The notes beneath the pieces are model-generated. The model made no database searches and was not told the DNA's origin. It saw only the letters and a program-made list of their open reading frames with translations. From a virus (Duplodnaviria; Caudoviricetes), in the IMG/VR virus record IMGVR_UViG_3300008113_000177, positions 1 to 56,192 of that record: a DNA stretch of 56,192 bases; one strand, 5' to 3'. Shown in pieces: positions 1 to 7,907 of the stretch (positions within the stretch are counted from its first letter, which is position 1; each line of letters starts with the position of its first letter). Position numbers and translations under genes: made by a program.

Positions 1-202
1 AATGGAACGCGTTAGAATCCAACGTATGGAACGCGTTAGAATATCCGTCAAGGTATGCGATAGCTTCAGACGTATTACCGCAGAATTGACCCCTACCTGA
101 TTTGGTAAATAGCGTTATGACATAACCCGGCATTCCACCCTGGATTTGATGCGTTAGGTTTAACCTATCTGCCATTTTTACAATTTTATCAATTCGTGTC
201 AT
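1..202 (-). CDS. Early hypothetical protein, 3'-truncated by window edge
   Basis: ATG at 202 overlaps the stop of 199..480 (ATGA). Reads MTRIDKIVKMADRLNLTHQ... and stays open to base 1. Not in the ORF track. Confidence 0.6.
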   Translation of the reverse strand, partial: MTRIDKIVKMADRLNLTHQIQGGMPGYVITLFTKSGRGQFCGNTSEAIAYLDGYSNAFHTLDSNAFH

Positions 203-480
203 GCCTGCCATTCTCCCAATTCACCCTTAAGGGTATCAATTGCAATTTGCCTATCCGATTCAAGCGTACCGATTAACGCGTACCCTGTTAATTCCCTAAC
301 TTTATCGGTGATACTTTCAAGCACTACATCCGTATCAACATACGGATATTCCGATAGGGTATGCATATACTCTGATACTTGCGCAGGATTATTGCATCCT
401 GCCAATACCGCAAATGTTACGAATTCCACGCCTTGAATTGTCTTAATACTTGTGAACAAATCAAATCCTGCCATTGTCAT
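199..480 (-). CDS. Early hypothetical protein
   Basis: 93-aa ORF coupled by ATGA overlaps to neighbours. Confidence 0.7.
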   Translation of the reverse strand: MTMAGFDLFTSIKTIQGVEFVTFAVLAGCNNPAQVSEYMHTLSEYPYVDTDVVLESITDKVRELTGYALIGTLESDRQIAIDTLKGELGEWQA

Positions 481-773
481 ACTCCCAATTCCGTAACGTG
501 ATTATTTTCATCTGCGTTGAATTCATCCGCATCATTTGAAGGATAATGAAATTCACAAATGCATGAGTCGCACAAATCAAAATCAAATGCAACGCCGCGC
601 TTGACATCCGTAAAAATTACACTTTGTATATCGTTCCCAATTCGTTTACCTGCGTCAAGGTAACATGAGTCGCATCCGTACCAGCTGAAACATTTTGAAT
701 CATCGGATGTTTCACCAATTACAATAGAATCCAAAGATTCTACGTTTTGTTCTAACAAATCATAAATTGCCAT
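477..773 (-). CDS. Early hypothetical protein, probable Zn-binding (CxxC x2)
   Basis: CDSC twice; leader GAAAGGTAGGTAGAAA-ATG. Confidence 0.75.
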   Translation of the reverse strand: MAIYDLLEQNVESLDSIVIGETSDDSKCFSWYGCDSCYLDAGKRIGNDIQSVIFTDVKRGVAFDFDLCDSCICEFHYPSNDADEFNADENNHVTELGV

Positions 774-827
774 TTTCTACCTACCTTTCAATATGGCAGG
801 GTAATTGATACCCTGCCGATACTTTCC

Positions 828-962
828 CTATCTGCTGTTGTGTAGAATCCACAACCCGATATACAGCACGTAAAACGCTAGCAGGATACCTGCCGATGTT
901 GCAAAGCTTTTCAGGATAGCACGTACGCGTCTCCCTGCGTTATATGATGGTATATGGTGCAT
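828..962 (-). CDS. Small membrane protein (44 aa)
   Basis: Read by hand: MHHIPSYNAGRRVRAILKSFATSAGILLAFYVLYIGLWILHNSR*; TGATG overlap with upstream gene; one hydrophobic helix. Confidence 0.6.
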   Translation of the reverse strand: MHHIPSYNAGRRVRAILKSFATSAGILLAFYVLYIGLWILHNSR

Positions 963-1303
963 CATTTTGAGATACCTACCCGGTAGCAATTCAAGGCATG
1001 CACACCAAATGTTCTATCCGTACCGCAAGGGATACCATCGGCATAACTCCATACCCAATTTGTTTGGGAAATTGACGGGTAGGTAAAATTCCGCAGGATT
1101 GAATTCAATCGCGATTTCGTGGTAGCAGATTTCCGCATTGTGTAAACGGTAATGTAGCCGTTTGACATATCAATTTCTGAAATCAGATTATTGAACAAAT
1201 AAACCCGTCGATAATCACCGGCAGATACAATCCGGGTATTACCCAAATTGATATTTTTACCATCGTGTATCGCTGTTAACATTTTCTTCTCAATTACGCG
1301 CAT
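962..1303 (-). CDS. Conserved phage early protein (MRVIEKK...TTKSRLN.IL type)
   Basis: Start revised to 1303 after GAAAGGAAATAAA; TTKSRLN motif recalled from phage early proteins. Confidence 0.7.
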   Translation of the reverse strand: MRVIEKKMLTAIHDGKNINLGNTRIVSAGDYRRVYLFNNLISEIDMSNGYITVYTMRKSATTKSRLNSILRNFTYPSISQTNWVWSYADGIPCGTDRTFGVHALNCYRVGISK

Positions 1304-1360
1304 TTTATTTCCTTTCAATACCTGCCGATACTTTGTGGATATCGGCAGGTAGTAAACCGA

Positions 1361-1606
1361 TTAATCCCTTGTGATACTTTCCAACCGATTGTTAACAAAG
1401 TCGTATTCCGTAGAATCCCAAATACCACCGGTGGTGTTGAAGTCGTAAGACGTTCCGTCAATAGTGCAACCCGTTATAGCGTTGGAACGGATTAATGATG
1501 TAACGGTGTCTGCCGTAGCCAGAGAGCTTTTAATTGTCATAGGGGAACGTTGCAGACTTGCATACAATGCCAGTCGTAACAATTCCGCTTTGTACGCTTT
1601 GTTCAC
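1361..1606 (-). CDS. Early hypothetical protein
   Basis: 81-aa ORF, GTGA overlap with upstream gene. Confidence 0.6.
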   Translation of the reverse strand: MNKAYKAELLRLALYASLQRSPMTIKSSLATADTVTSLIRSNAITGCTIDGTSYDFNTTGGIWDSTEYDFVNNRLESITRD

Positions 1607-1788
1607 TTTGTGATAACCTTTCCTGCCGTACCGGTAGTATGGAAATTGAGGTATCCACCACGCGACGAATAACGGGTAATTGTTCCGTTGTTAAGAAAGT
1701 GTGTAATGGTGCCAAGTCCTAGTGCGTAGCCGTCAAGCTTGACTTTATCGGCGGGGAACATCTTTCCGTTCCAAGATAACCAATTCAT
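1603..1788 (-). CDS. Probable first early gene, hypothetical
   Basis: Start revised to ATG 1788 after GGAAAGGT; lies just downstream of a predicted promoter. Confidence 0.6.
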   Translation of the reverse strand: MNWLSWNGKMFPADKVKLDGYALGLGTITHFLNNGTITRYSSRGGYLNFHTTGTAGKVITK

Positions 1789-1826
1789 TGTAGTGACCTT
1801 TCCAGTCGGTATTTCTAACACACTGG

Positions 1827-1870
1827 ATTGTACAGTATAAGCACGTTATGCCAGTGTGAACAATTTCACG
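1827..1870 (-). promoter_or_regulatory. Early promoter: CRP-like box TGTGA-N6-TCACG plus -10 TACAAT
   Basis: Box at 1855-1870, -10 at 1832-1827; same architecture at 54.2, 55.5 and 55.8 kb. Confidence 0.55.
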
Positions 1871-2001
1871 CGCCCAAAGCTTGACAATGGAATATGTCTG
1901 CCGTATCACGCGCGCGCGTTCCGTTCTATACACAATTGTTGTATACCCTGCTATCGGTTTACAAAGCTTTGTACCTGCAGCGGAACGTACCAGCTGCATT
2001 C

Positions 2002-2115
2002 TCCAATCTGCGGACTAGGTAAGAAATGAGGACTCCCTTTTTTCCAATCTGCTGACTAGGGGGAGGGGGGTAAGGCAAGCACCCACCCCAGTGCGCAGTG
2101 TGGTAGGGGGGGACT
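2002..2115. other. Divergence point of transcription with an 18-bp direct repeat and G-runs; candidate genome terminus/packaging region
   Basis: TCCAATCTGC(G/TG)ACTAGG near 2002 and 2043; GGGGGAGGGGGG and GGGGGGG tracts; non-coding. Confidence 0.35.
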
Positions 2116-2450
2116 CCGACATCTACATCTCTATACTATCCACATCTCTATTTCTCCCATCGTAGAAACTAACTCATCCTACTACATACTTGCATAGTGT
2201 AATAACTAGAAAGATTCTTTCCTATCTATCTACTCCAATTGTAAGGTGTGCAAATATTGTTAGATTCAATATATACGCAAGTAGAAGATTGGTAGATGGT
2301 GCTGTAATAGCGTGTTCAGTAAGGCTAGCGTATGGTGTGCGTATCGAGGTAGTGCTATCCAGATAAGCTTGTAGTACGCCCACGTACTTCGTACGGATGG
2401 ATAGATATTATCCAGTTGGTGGATAGATTGTAAGGTTGTAGTATGTCCCT

Positions 2451-2813
2451 ATGAGTATAAAGACTAGCCTCTATCAGTACGCTTTACGTCACATACGTGT
2501 TGTTGACGGCGATACGTTAGAAGGTGATATAGACCTTGGATTCAACGTAGAACTGAAGGGTGTGAAGGTACGCCTGGAAGGTATTGACTGCCCTGAAAAG
2601 AGTACACCTGAAGGTATTGCATCACGTGACTTTACGTCTCAATGGATATGTGCAGCTGAGAGTGAGTGTAAGACGGTAGTCATCAACGTAAAGAACCATA
2701 AGCGTGACAAGTACGGTCGTATCCTAGGAGTAGTTACGGTAGACGGTCAGAGCTTGACTGATGTGCTGCTTATCAACGAGTTAGGTAAGCCATATAGCGG
2801 GGGTAAAAGGTAG
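2451..2813 (+). CDS. Thermonuclease (SNase-like) family nuclease
   Basis: VVDGDT, VRLEGIDCPE and DKYGRILG motifs. Confidence 0.9.
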   Translation: MSIKTSLYQYALRHIRVVDGDTLEGDIDLGFNVELKGVKVRLEGIDCPEKSTPEGIASRDFTSQWICAAESECKTVVINVKNHKRDKYGRILGVVTVDGQSLTDVLLINELGKPYSGGKR

Positions 2814-2829
2814 AAGGTATACTGTTATT

Positions 2830-2927
2830 GCCACCGCAAGGTGAGCATCAACAAGAACAACAACTCACAACCAAACAGGAAAGTCCTCTAAGCGTAACTT
2901 GAAATTGCGTAACTAGAGGGCTTTTTT
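2830..2927 (+). ncRNA. Putative sRNA A
   Basis: TATACT at 2818-2823, then 6 nt; 5' GCAA-tetraloop hairpin; C/A-rich single strand; terminator hairpin ending GGGCTTTTTT. Confidence 0.55.
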
Positions 2928-2935
2928 GGTGCTAG

Positions 2936-3065
2936 TCGATACAGGCATACCAGCTAATCCAGCACAGTTGATTATTTAATCCCAACAAATTGATATGCCT
3001 GTATCTTCGAACAGTTGAAAGGTTTTCTGGAATCTTTCTTTTTTAGTTCACTATCTCTCGATAGC
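2936..3065 (-). ncRNA. Putative sRNA B
   Basis: TATACT at 3077-3072, then 6 nt; 5' GCTATC-GAGA-GATAGT hairpin; A-rich linker; 12-bp stem GATACAGGCATA/TATGCCTGTATC. Confidence 0.5.
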
Positions 3066-3120
3066 AAACATAGTATACATCCATACTGGTACAGTTACCA
3101 TTAAATGATACAATTAACAG

Positions 3121-3220
3121 TAAGAACTACTCGCTACCCACGCAACGGTTGCCTATAAGCCTGGCGGCAGTTTGCTCTTAGTATTAGGAGTAAGACGGTT
3201 GGAGTCCGTCAGTAGTTCGA
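3121..3220 (+). ncRNA. tRNA-like RNA (8-bp acceptor, 5-bp T-arm, long extra arm)
   Basis: GAACTACT/AGTAGTTC stem, GACGG-TTGGAGT-CCGTC arm, 9-bp arm at 3172-3193, TGnTACAAT promoter at 3106-3114; D and anticodon arms non-canonical. Confidence 0.5.
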
Positions 3221-3271
3221 GTGTGTGCTGGTATTAATAACCTTGGATTGGTAACTGATGCCAGCACATAC
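3221..3271. terminator. Long hairpin between the tRNA-like RNA and the convergent methyltransferase gene
   Basis: GTGTGTGCTGGTATTA ... TGATGCCAGCACATAC. Confidence 0.55.
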
Positions 3272-3278
3272 AATATTG

Positions 3279-4574
3279 TCAGACTTGCTTATTTATCTCG
3301 TGCTGAATACGCTTTTCAGCTATCTTGAGATACTCTTCGTCAAGCTCACAGCCTATAAAGTTTACACCTTCAAGCATTGCTGCCTTACCAGTAGTACCAC
3401 TACCCATAAAGGGGTCTAATACTGTACCCCCACGTCTAGTTACCATTCGTACTAGATAACGCATGAGGTCGGTAGGCTTTACTGTTGGATGGTGGTTTGC
3501 AGCTACGCTGTCGTTGCGCTGGTAGGCTGTCTCGTTACGTACTTCTCTACCATCATGTGAATATTGCTTAGGTTCTAGGTCTTCAAGTCCTTCGTTACGG
3601 TCACGCTTATTTGATTTAGAGCAGTAGAAGAAACGTGCAGCTGAACCACTTGATGTATCGCTGGCTAGTCGTTTTGGCGATGTAGGCTTACCGTTATTGT
3701 TAAAGTGCCTAGCACCATCAGTTTGTACCCAGGCTCCACCCTTAGTGTCAGGGAATAGGTCTAAGACCTCTTGTGAGCCATCATGTATGAAGTTAGCTCC
3801 CCATCTGCCTAATGGGTTAGCAGGATTAGCACCTGATAGGTCACTGCTGTTCTTCCACGAGTTGTCCATTACGCCACCACGCTCACGTATCTTATCTACG
3901 CCAGCAGATAACTTATTGAAGTCATCTTCATCCATAGGAACACGTGTAGCATCGATGTTGATAGCACCTACACCCCACTTGAGTACGTTATTAGTTACTG
4001 TACCCTCTAGTGGCTTACGTGCCATAGTGATTGGCTCAGAGGCGGGTTTAAGAGCTGTCCCCCAGCCTTGCCAATTCTTTGCTTCATCAGTAAGTGGTTC
4101 GTATGGAGTGACCTCATTACTGGTCAACTTGTTCTCTTTATCGACGTCTGAAGCTTGATACGTAGACGCTGTAGGGATTGCTCTACCCCGATTAGGGTGA
4201 CCAAATGACTTGTCTATGGCACAACTTACGTTATGAGATTTAGGGAATCCGCTACTGTAGACCCAAGCAATCATGTCACGTATTTCAAACCCAGCATCTT
4301 CGATGTTGACAGCCATTCGATGCTGCGTACGAGTACCTGCAAACGATAGGAGGTAACCACCAGGCTTGAGTACACGTAGGCATTCACGCCATATCTCAAC
4401 GGAAGGTACGTCATAATCCCACTTCTTGGACATGAAGGATATACCGTACGGTGGGTCAGTAACAATAGAGTCTATGCTGTTATCTGGGTACGTCTTTAGG
4501 GTGTCTAAGCAGTTGCCAAGATGTAATTGAAATCGTGGAATATCACCAGTTTGTAATTGTGTAGGGTCTACCAT
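3279..4574 (-). CDS. DNA N6-adenine/N4-cytosine methyltransferase (beta class, with large insertion)
   Basis: IVTDPPY catalytic motif N-terminal; HPTVKP and LDPFMGSGTTG SAM motif C-terminal. Confidence 0.93.
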   Translation of the reverse strand: MVDPTQLQTGDIPRFQLHLGNCLDTLKTYPDNSIDSIVTDPPYGISFMSKKWDYDVPSVEIWRECLRVLKPGGYLLSFAGTRTQHRMAVNIEDAGFEIRDMIAWVYSSGFPKSHNVSCAIDKSFGHPNRGRAIPTASTYQASDVDKENKLTSNEVTPYEPLTDEAKNWQGWGTALKPASEPITMARKPLEGTVTNNVLKWGVGAINIDATRVPMDEDDFNKLSAGVDKIRERGGVMDNSWKNSSDLSGANPANPLGRWGANFIHDGSQEVLDLFPDTKGGAWVQTDGARHFNNNGKPTSPKRLASDTSSGSAARFFYCSKSNKRDRNEGLEDLEPKQYSHDGREVRNETAYQRNDSVAANHHPTVKPTDLMRYLVRMVTRRGGTVLDPFMGSGTTGKAAMLEGVNFIGCELDEEYLKIAEKRIQHEINKQV

Positions 4575-4783
4575 ACTGGTTCTTCTACTACAATCCAGTC
4601 ATCAGCAAAGAAACAATCTTGTGGAAGAGTAAGGGACTCCATCATAGTCTCTGCTTCTGGTGTCTTCATAACAAAGCAGTTGAAGCCTTCTGACCACCTA
4701 AGTAGCAGTTGGTCACTACCCCAGTGAACACGACTTACGACCTTGCCATACACAATATCTTTATGGATTTCCCCAAATGTCAT
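4568..4783 (-). CDS. DUF2829/Tad2-like protein
   Basis: MTFGE...GKVVSRVHW...DCFFADDWIVVE matches the family pattern M.F.EA...GKKV.R..W...D.LA.DW.IV. Confidence 0.6.
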   Translation of the reverse strand: MTFGEIHKDIVYGKVVSRVHWGSDQLLLRWSEGFNCFVMKTPEAETMMESLTLPQDCFFADDWIVVEEPVW

Positions 4784-4786
4784 ATG

Positions 4787-5173
4787 TCAACGAAACTTAG
4801 CAACTTTCTTGGCAATGGACTTAGGTTGTGCAACAAACTGCTTGCCAGTTTTGTTGCCCTCTGCCTTGGCTTTATTGGTTGCTGCCTTTTCACCAGGGCT
4901 AAGTGTTGACCAAGCTTTGTCTGGTAGATACCGCTTCTTACCCTCTGAAGGTGTGCTATCACTAGTGCGCCACTTCTGGTCTGTCCACTTTGCTAGACTG
5001 TTATCAGCCTTCTTTGGACCTTCGTAACCACCACCTGAAGCCTTGTATTTCTGTACTGCCAGCTGCGCTTTACGGGCTGACCATTCACCTGAATCACCAC
5101 CCTTAGATGATGACTTTACGTCACTTACTACCTTACTCCAAAGTGTCGGGTTAGTCTTTTTAGCGGTACTCAT
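4787..5173 (-). CDS. Basic phage protein (DUF5872-like)
   Basis: KGGDSGEWSARKAQL...YKASGGGY and SLAKWTDQKWRT...RYLP motifs. Confidence 0.75.
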   Translation of the reverse strand: MSTAKKTNPTLWSKVVSDVKSSSKGGDSGEWSARKAQLAVQKYKASGGGYEGPKKADNSLAKWTDQKWRTSDSTPSEGKKRYLPDKAWSTLSPGEKAATNKAKAEGNKTGKQFVAQPKSIAKKVAKFR

Positions 5174-5251
5174 ATAGCGATTTTATCCTGTTATTTTGCC
5201 AATATTTAGGTGTTTACGCACGTGCGAAATATAGTAAATCCCGACAGTTGT

Positions 5252-5378
5252 GGGGGAAAGTATTTTTAGGGGTATTGGAAAGAATCTTTCCTTCCCCGGT
5301 TATTGAGGGGGAAAGAATTTAGTACCCCTATTAACAAGAGAGATTAATATACATATTACATATGTATATATATTAATA
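5252..5378 (+). repeat. Intergenic copy of replication iterons plus AT-rich tract
   Basis: Matches reverse complement of 47042-47122 (GGGGGAAAGTATTTT, AAAGAATCTT, AAAGAA(T/A)TTAGTACCCC(T/A)ATTAACAAGA); followed by ATATACATATTACATATGTATATATATTAATA. Confidence 0.75.
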
Positions 5379-5408
5379 CGCGCGTAGAGCTTATGTTATG
5401 ATTTGGCT

Positions 5409-5666
5409 ATGCCATACGTAAACAAAGAGAGACCCTACAAAAAAGAATACGCACAGCAAGTCGCTAGAGGTGAACACCCTACCCGTATGGAACGCCAGAA
5501 GGCTCGTAGAGCTATGGACGCTAACGGGGTAGACCGTAAGGGTAAAGACATCGACCACAAGAAACCTCTTTCAAAGGGTGGTACTAATGCACCTTCCAAC
5601 CTACGGTTGGTGAAACCTGCGACCAATCGCAGTTTCAAAAGAAACCCTGATAGAAGCGTCAAGTAA
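5409..5666 (+). CDS. HNH endonuclease
   Basis: DIDHKKPLSKGGTN...NLRL...NRS; leaderless-type ATG at 5409 after TGnTATGAT-N6. Confidence 0.85.
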   Translation: MPYVNKERPYKKEYAQQVARGEHPTRMERQKARRAMDANGVDRKGKDIDHKKPLSKGGTNAPSNLRLVKPATNRSFKRNPDRSVK

Positions 5667-5718
5667 GTATTGTGATATACTGTCACTGATGACAGGTTCC
5701 TGTCAGAGGAGTACAGTG

Positions 5719-5994
5719 ATGAAAGTTATTTCCTTTTCAAGGGATTCGGATGCAGAGGTTGAAATCAACCCTAAGGTTCCTGGAACCTATGATGTCTCAA
5801 TCAAAACGGTAGATAGCACTGAGATGGTATCGGCTGTATCAGCTGGTGAAGCGTGGATGTATATCCGCAACTACGATGCAAAAGTTCCTATGAAGATTAT
5901 GCTTGACTTTGCTGAGTTGGCTATTCGCTCGATGCAAGTTACAAACCAACCGTACACAGTTGTTTTGAATCCAGAGGTTACAGATGCTGAATAG
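5719..5994 (+). CDS. Hypothetical protein
   Basis: AGAGGAG RBS before ATG 5719; TGnTATACT promoter at 5673-5681 (alternative start 5689). Confidence 0.65.
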   Translation: MKVISFSRDSDAEVEINPKVPGTYDVSIKTVDSTEMVSAVSAGEAWMYIRNYDAKVPMKIMLDFAELAIRSMQVTNQPYTVVLNPEVTDAE

Positions 5995-6379
5995 AGTCGT
6001 TCTAATTGGTCGATTGGTTGCTGACCCTGAACACCGCATGACTCAGTCTGGTAAGGGTGTAGCAAACCTACGTGTAGCAGTAGACCGAAAAGGGCGGGAG
6101 AAGGAAACTGATTTCTTTGATGTTACCGCTTGGGGGCAGTCTGCTGATTTTGCTGCTACTTACCTTTCTAAGGGTAGACTTGTTGCTATTGAAGGGCGTC
6201 TACAAGTTCGCCAATATACTGATAAAGACAACACACAGCGTAAAGTATGGGAAGTTGTTTCTGATTCGATTCAGCCTTTGGATAGCGGAAAAACTAAAGC
6301 TGAGGGTGGACATCAACAGCCAGCAGCTCATTCGTCTTCAGCAGATTCAAATGAAGAAATCGAAGACCCATTCGCCTGA
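5984..6379 (+). CDS. ssb: Single-stranded DNA-binding protein
   Basis: MLNRVVLIGRL..DPE, GRLVAIEGRLQ, acidic tail IEDPFA. Confidence 0.95.
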   Translation: MLNRVVLIGRLVADPEHRMTQSGKGVANLRVAVDRKGREKETDFFDVTAWGQSADFAATYLSKGRLVAIEGRLQVRQYTDKDNTQRKVWEVVSDSIQPLDSGKTKAEGGHQQPAAHSSSADSNEEIEDPFA

Positions 6380-6819
6380 TAACCTTTAGGATACCAAGCC
6401 GAAAGGCTTATGAAATGCTTCAGAGGAATGAAAACGGACAGAGCTTCGTCAAACTCATTCCTCTTTACTCTTGGTCCAGCAAGTCTGGAATCTAAGTCAT
6501 CTAGACCCTGTATCTCCGTAATGTAATCACCATCTGTAAACTCAGTGAACAGAATGGAATAACCATTATAGGAACGCAGGTAGTCCCACTTAGACTTAGT
6601 AATCATCACATCTGGGTATGTCCCAAACTTATGTGTTCGTTGCTTGTATTCACATATGCCTGATAGATATGGTGTCCACCAAGTCATGTCGTGTTGACAG
6701 GTTGTAGGCATCAAGGCGATATCGCACTCTCCATAAAGGCAGAACAGCCGTCCTTGCAACTTTAGGGCAGCGTATGACTGAGAGTTCCTATTGGCTGGTG
6801 TTTCAAATAACTTACGCAT
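6328..6819 (-). CDS. Putative PD-(D/E)xK nuclease-like protein
   Basis: HD...CEYKQR pattern and YPDVMI; start revised to ATG 6819. Confidence 0.5.
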   Translation of the reverse strand: MRKLFETPANRNSQSYAALKLQGRLFCLYGECDIALMPTTCQHDMTWWTPYLSGICEYKQRTHKFGTYPDVMITKSKWDYLRSYNGYSILFTEFTDGDYITEIQGLDDLDSRLAGPRVKRNEFDEALSVFIPLKHFISLSAWYPKGYQANGSSISSFESAEDE

Positions 6820-6840
6820 AATAGATTTTATAGGGTGAAC

Positions 6841-7491
6841 ATGAACAAAGTAAGTACTGTTTGGAAAACCCCCAACGCACTCGAACATATATGTTTCTGT
6901 GCAAGAGTCTCCTCCAGTAATCAGAATGATAGGTCGGATGCTGCAAATAAACGACTTATCAAATACTGCATGAGGAATAAACACTGGTCAATCTTTGAGA
7001 TGGCTAACTGGACAATAGAGATTCATACGTCTAGAATGGTGAGCCGACAATTTATTCGACACTCATCCATCAAGGTTCAGGAGTTTAGTCAAAGATATGC
7101 AGAAGTCAAAGAAGAAATCACGCCTCCAAATATGCGTGGCAAACATCCGTACAACCGGCAATCATCTGTTGAGATGCCTCTGGATATGCAACTCTATGCT
7201 GACAGCATTGTTTCTAATGCAATTCAGCAGATTGAAAGTGCATATGACAAACTTGTAGAAGCTGGTGTAGCACTAGAAACAGCACGTGCGATATTGCCTG
7301 AGTGTGCGCCAACTACCCTATATGCCAATGGACGTTTACGTGACTGGATTCACTATATGGACGTAAGGCGTGGTAACGGTACGCAGAGTGAACATGAGGA
7401 CTTGGCAAATAAGATATATGAAGAGTTCCAGGTTGAATTCCCGATGCTTGCAGAAATAGTAGAAGAACTCAAAGGAGATGAGGTTGTTTAA
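6841..7491 (+). CDS. thyX: FAD-dependent thymidylate synthase
   Basis: HWSIFE, RH...QEFSQRY, ETARAILP, TQSEH motifs. Confidence 0.93.
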   Translation: MNKVSTVWKTPNALEHICFCARVSSSNQNDRSDAANKRLIKYCMRNKHWSIFEMANWTIEIHTSRMVSRQFIRHSSIKVQEFSQRYAEVKEEITPPNMRGKHPYNRQSSVEMPLDMQLYADSIVSNAIQQIESAYDKLVEAGVALETARAILPECAPTTLYANGRLRDWIHYMDVRRGNGTQSEHEDLANKIYEEFQVEFPMLAEIVEELKGDEVV

Positions 7492-7906
7492 TTTACTTGA
7501 TAAAGATGCTGTAGTACCAACAAGGGCTACGGCTGGTTCAGCTGGTTTTGACCTCTATGCATTGAATGATGCATTTGTAGAGGATGGTGATGTAGCGGTT
7601 GTATCAACGGGTGTGTCTGTAGACATCCCAGAGGGTCACTACGCCCTTGTTTGCTCAAGGTCTGGGCTTGCTGCCAAGTATGGTGTATTCGTCCTCAATG
7701 CGCCCGGAATTATTGATGCAGATTACAGGCAGGAAATCAAAGTCATCTTAGCCAAATTTCCTAACAGTATGGATAATGGTCGTTTCCAAATTAACAAGGG
7801 TGACCGTATCGCTCAGTTGTTATTTGGTCAGTGTGATGTAAGCATTCTTAGTCGTGTAACAGCAGATGCTGAACGCACTGGCGGATTTGGTTCTACAGGA
7901 ATTTAA
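7478..7906 (+). CDS. dut: Trimeric dUTPase
   Basis: AGFDL, RSGLA, GIIDADYR, RIAQ, RTGGFGSTG. Confidence 0.96.
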   Translation: MRLFNLLDKDAVVPTRATAGSAGFDLYALNDAFVEDGDVAVVSTGVSVDIPEGHYALVCSRSGLAAKYGVFVLNAPGIIDADYRQEIKVILAKFPNSMDNGRFQINKGDRIAQLLFGQCDVSILSRVTADAERTGGFGSTGI

Positions 7907-7907
7907 A

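Noticed and set aside
2-42. 17-bp direct repeat ATGGAACGCGTTAGAAT at the left edge as a terminal repeat
   Set aside because: It is in-frame within a gene (SNAFH twice) and has no counterpart at the right end; it is a local duplication or an assembly edge effect.
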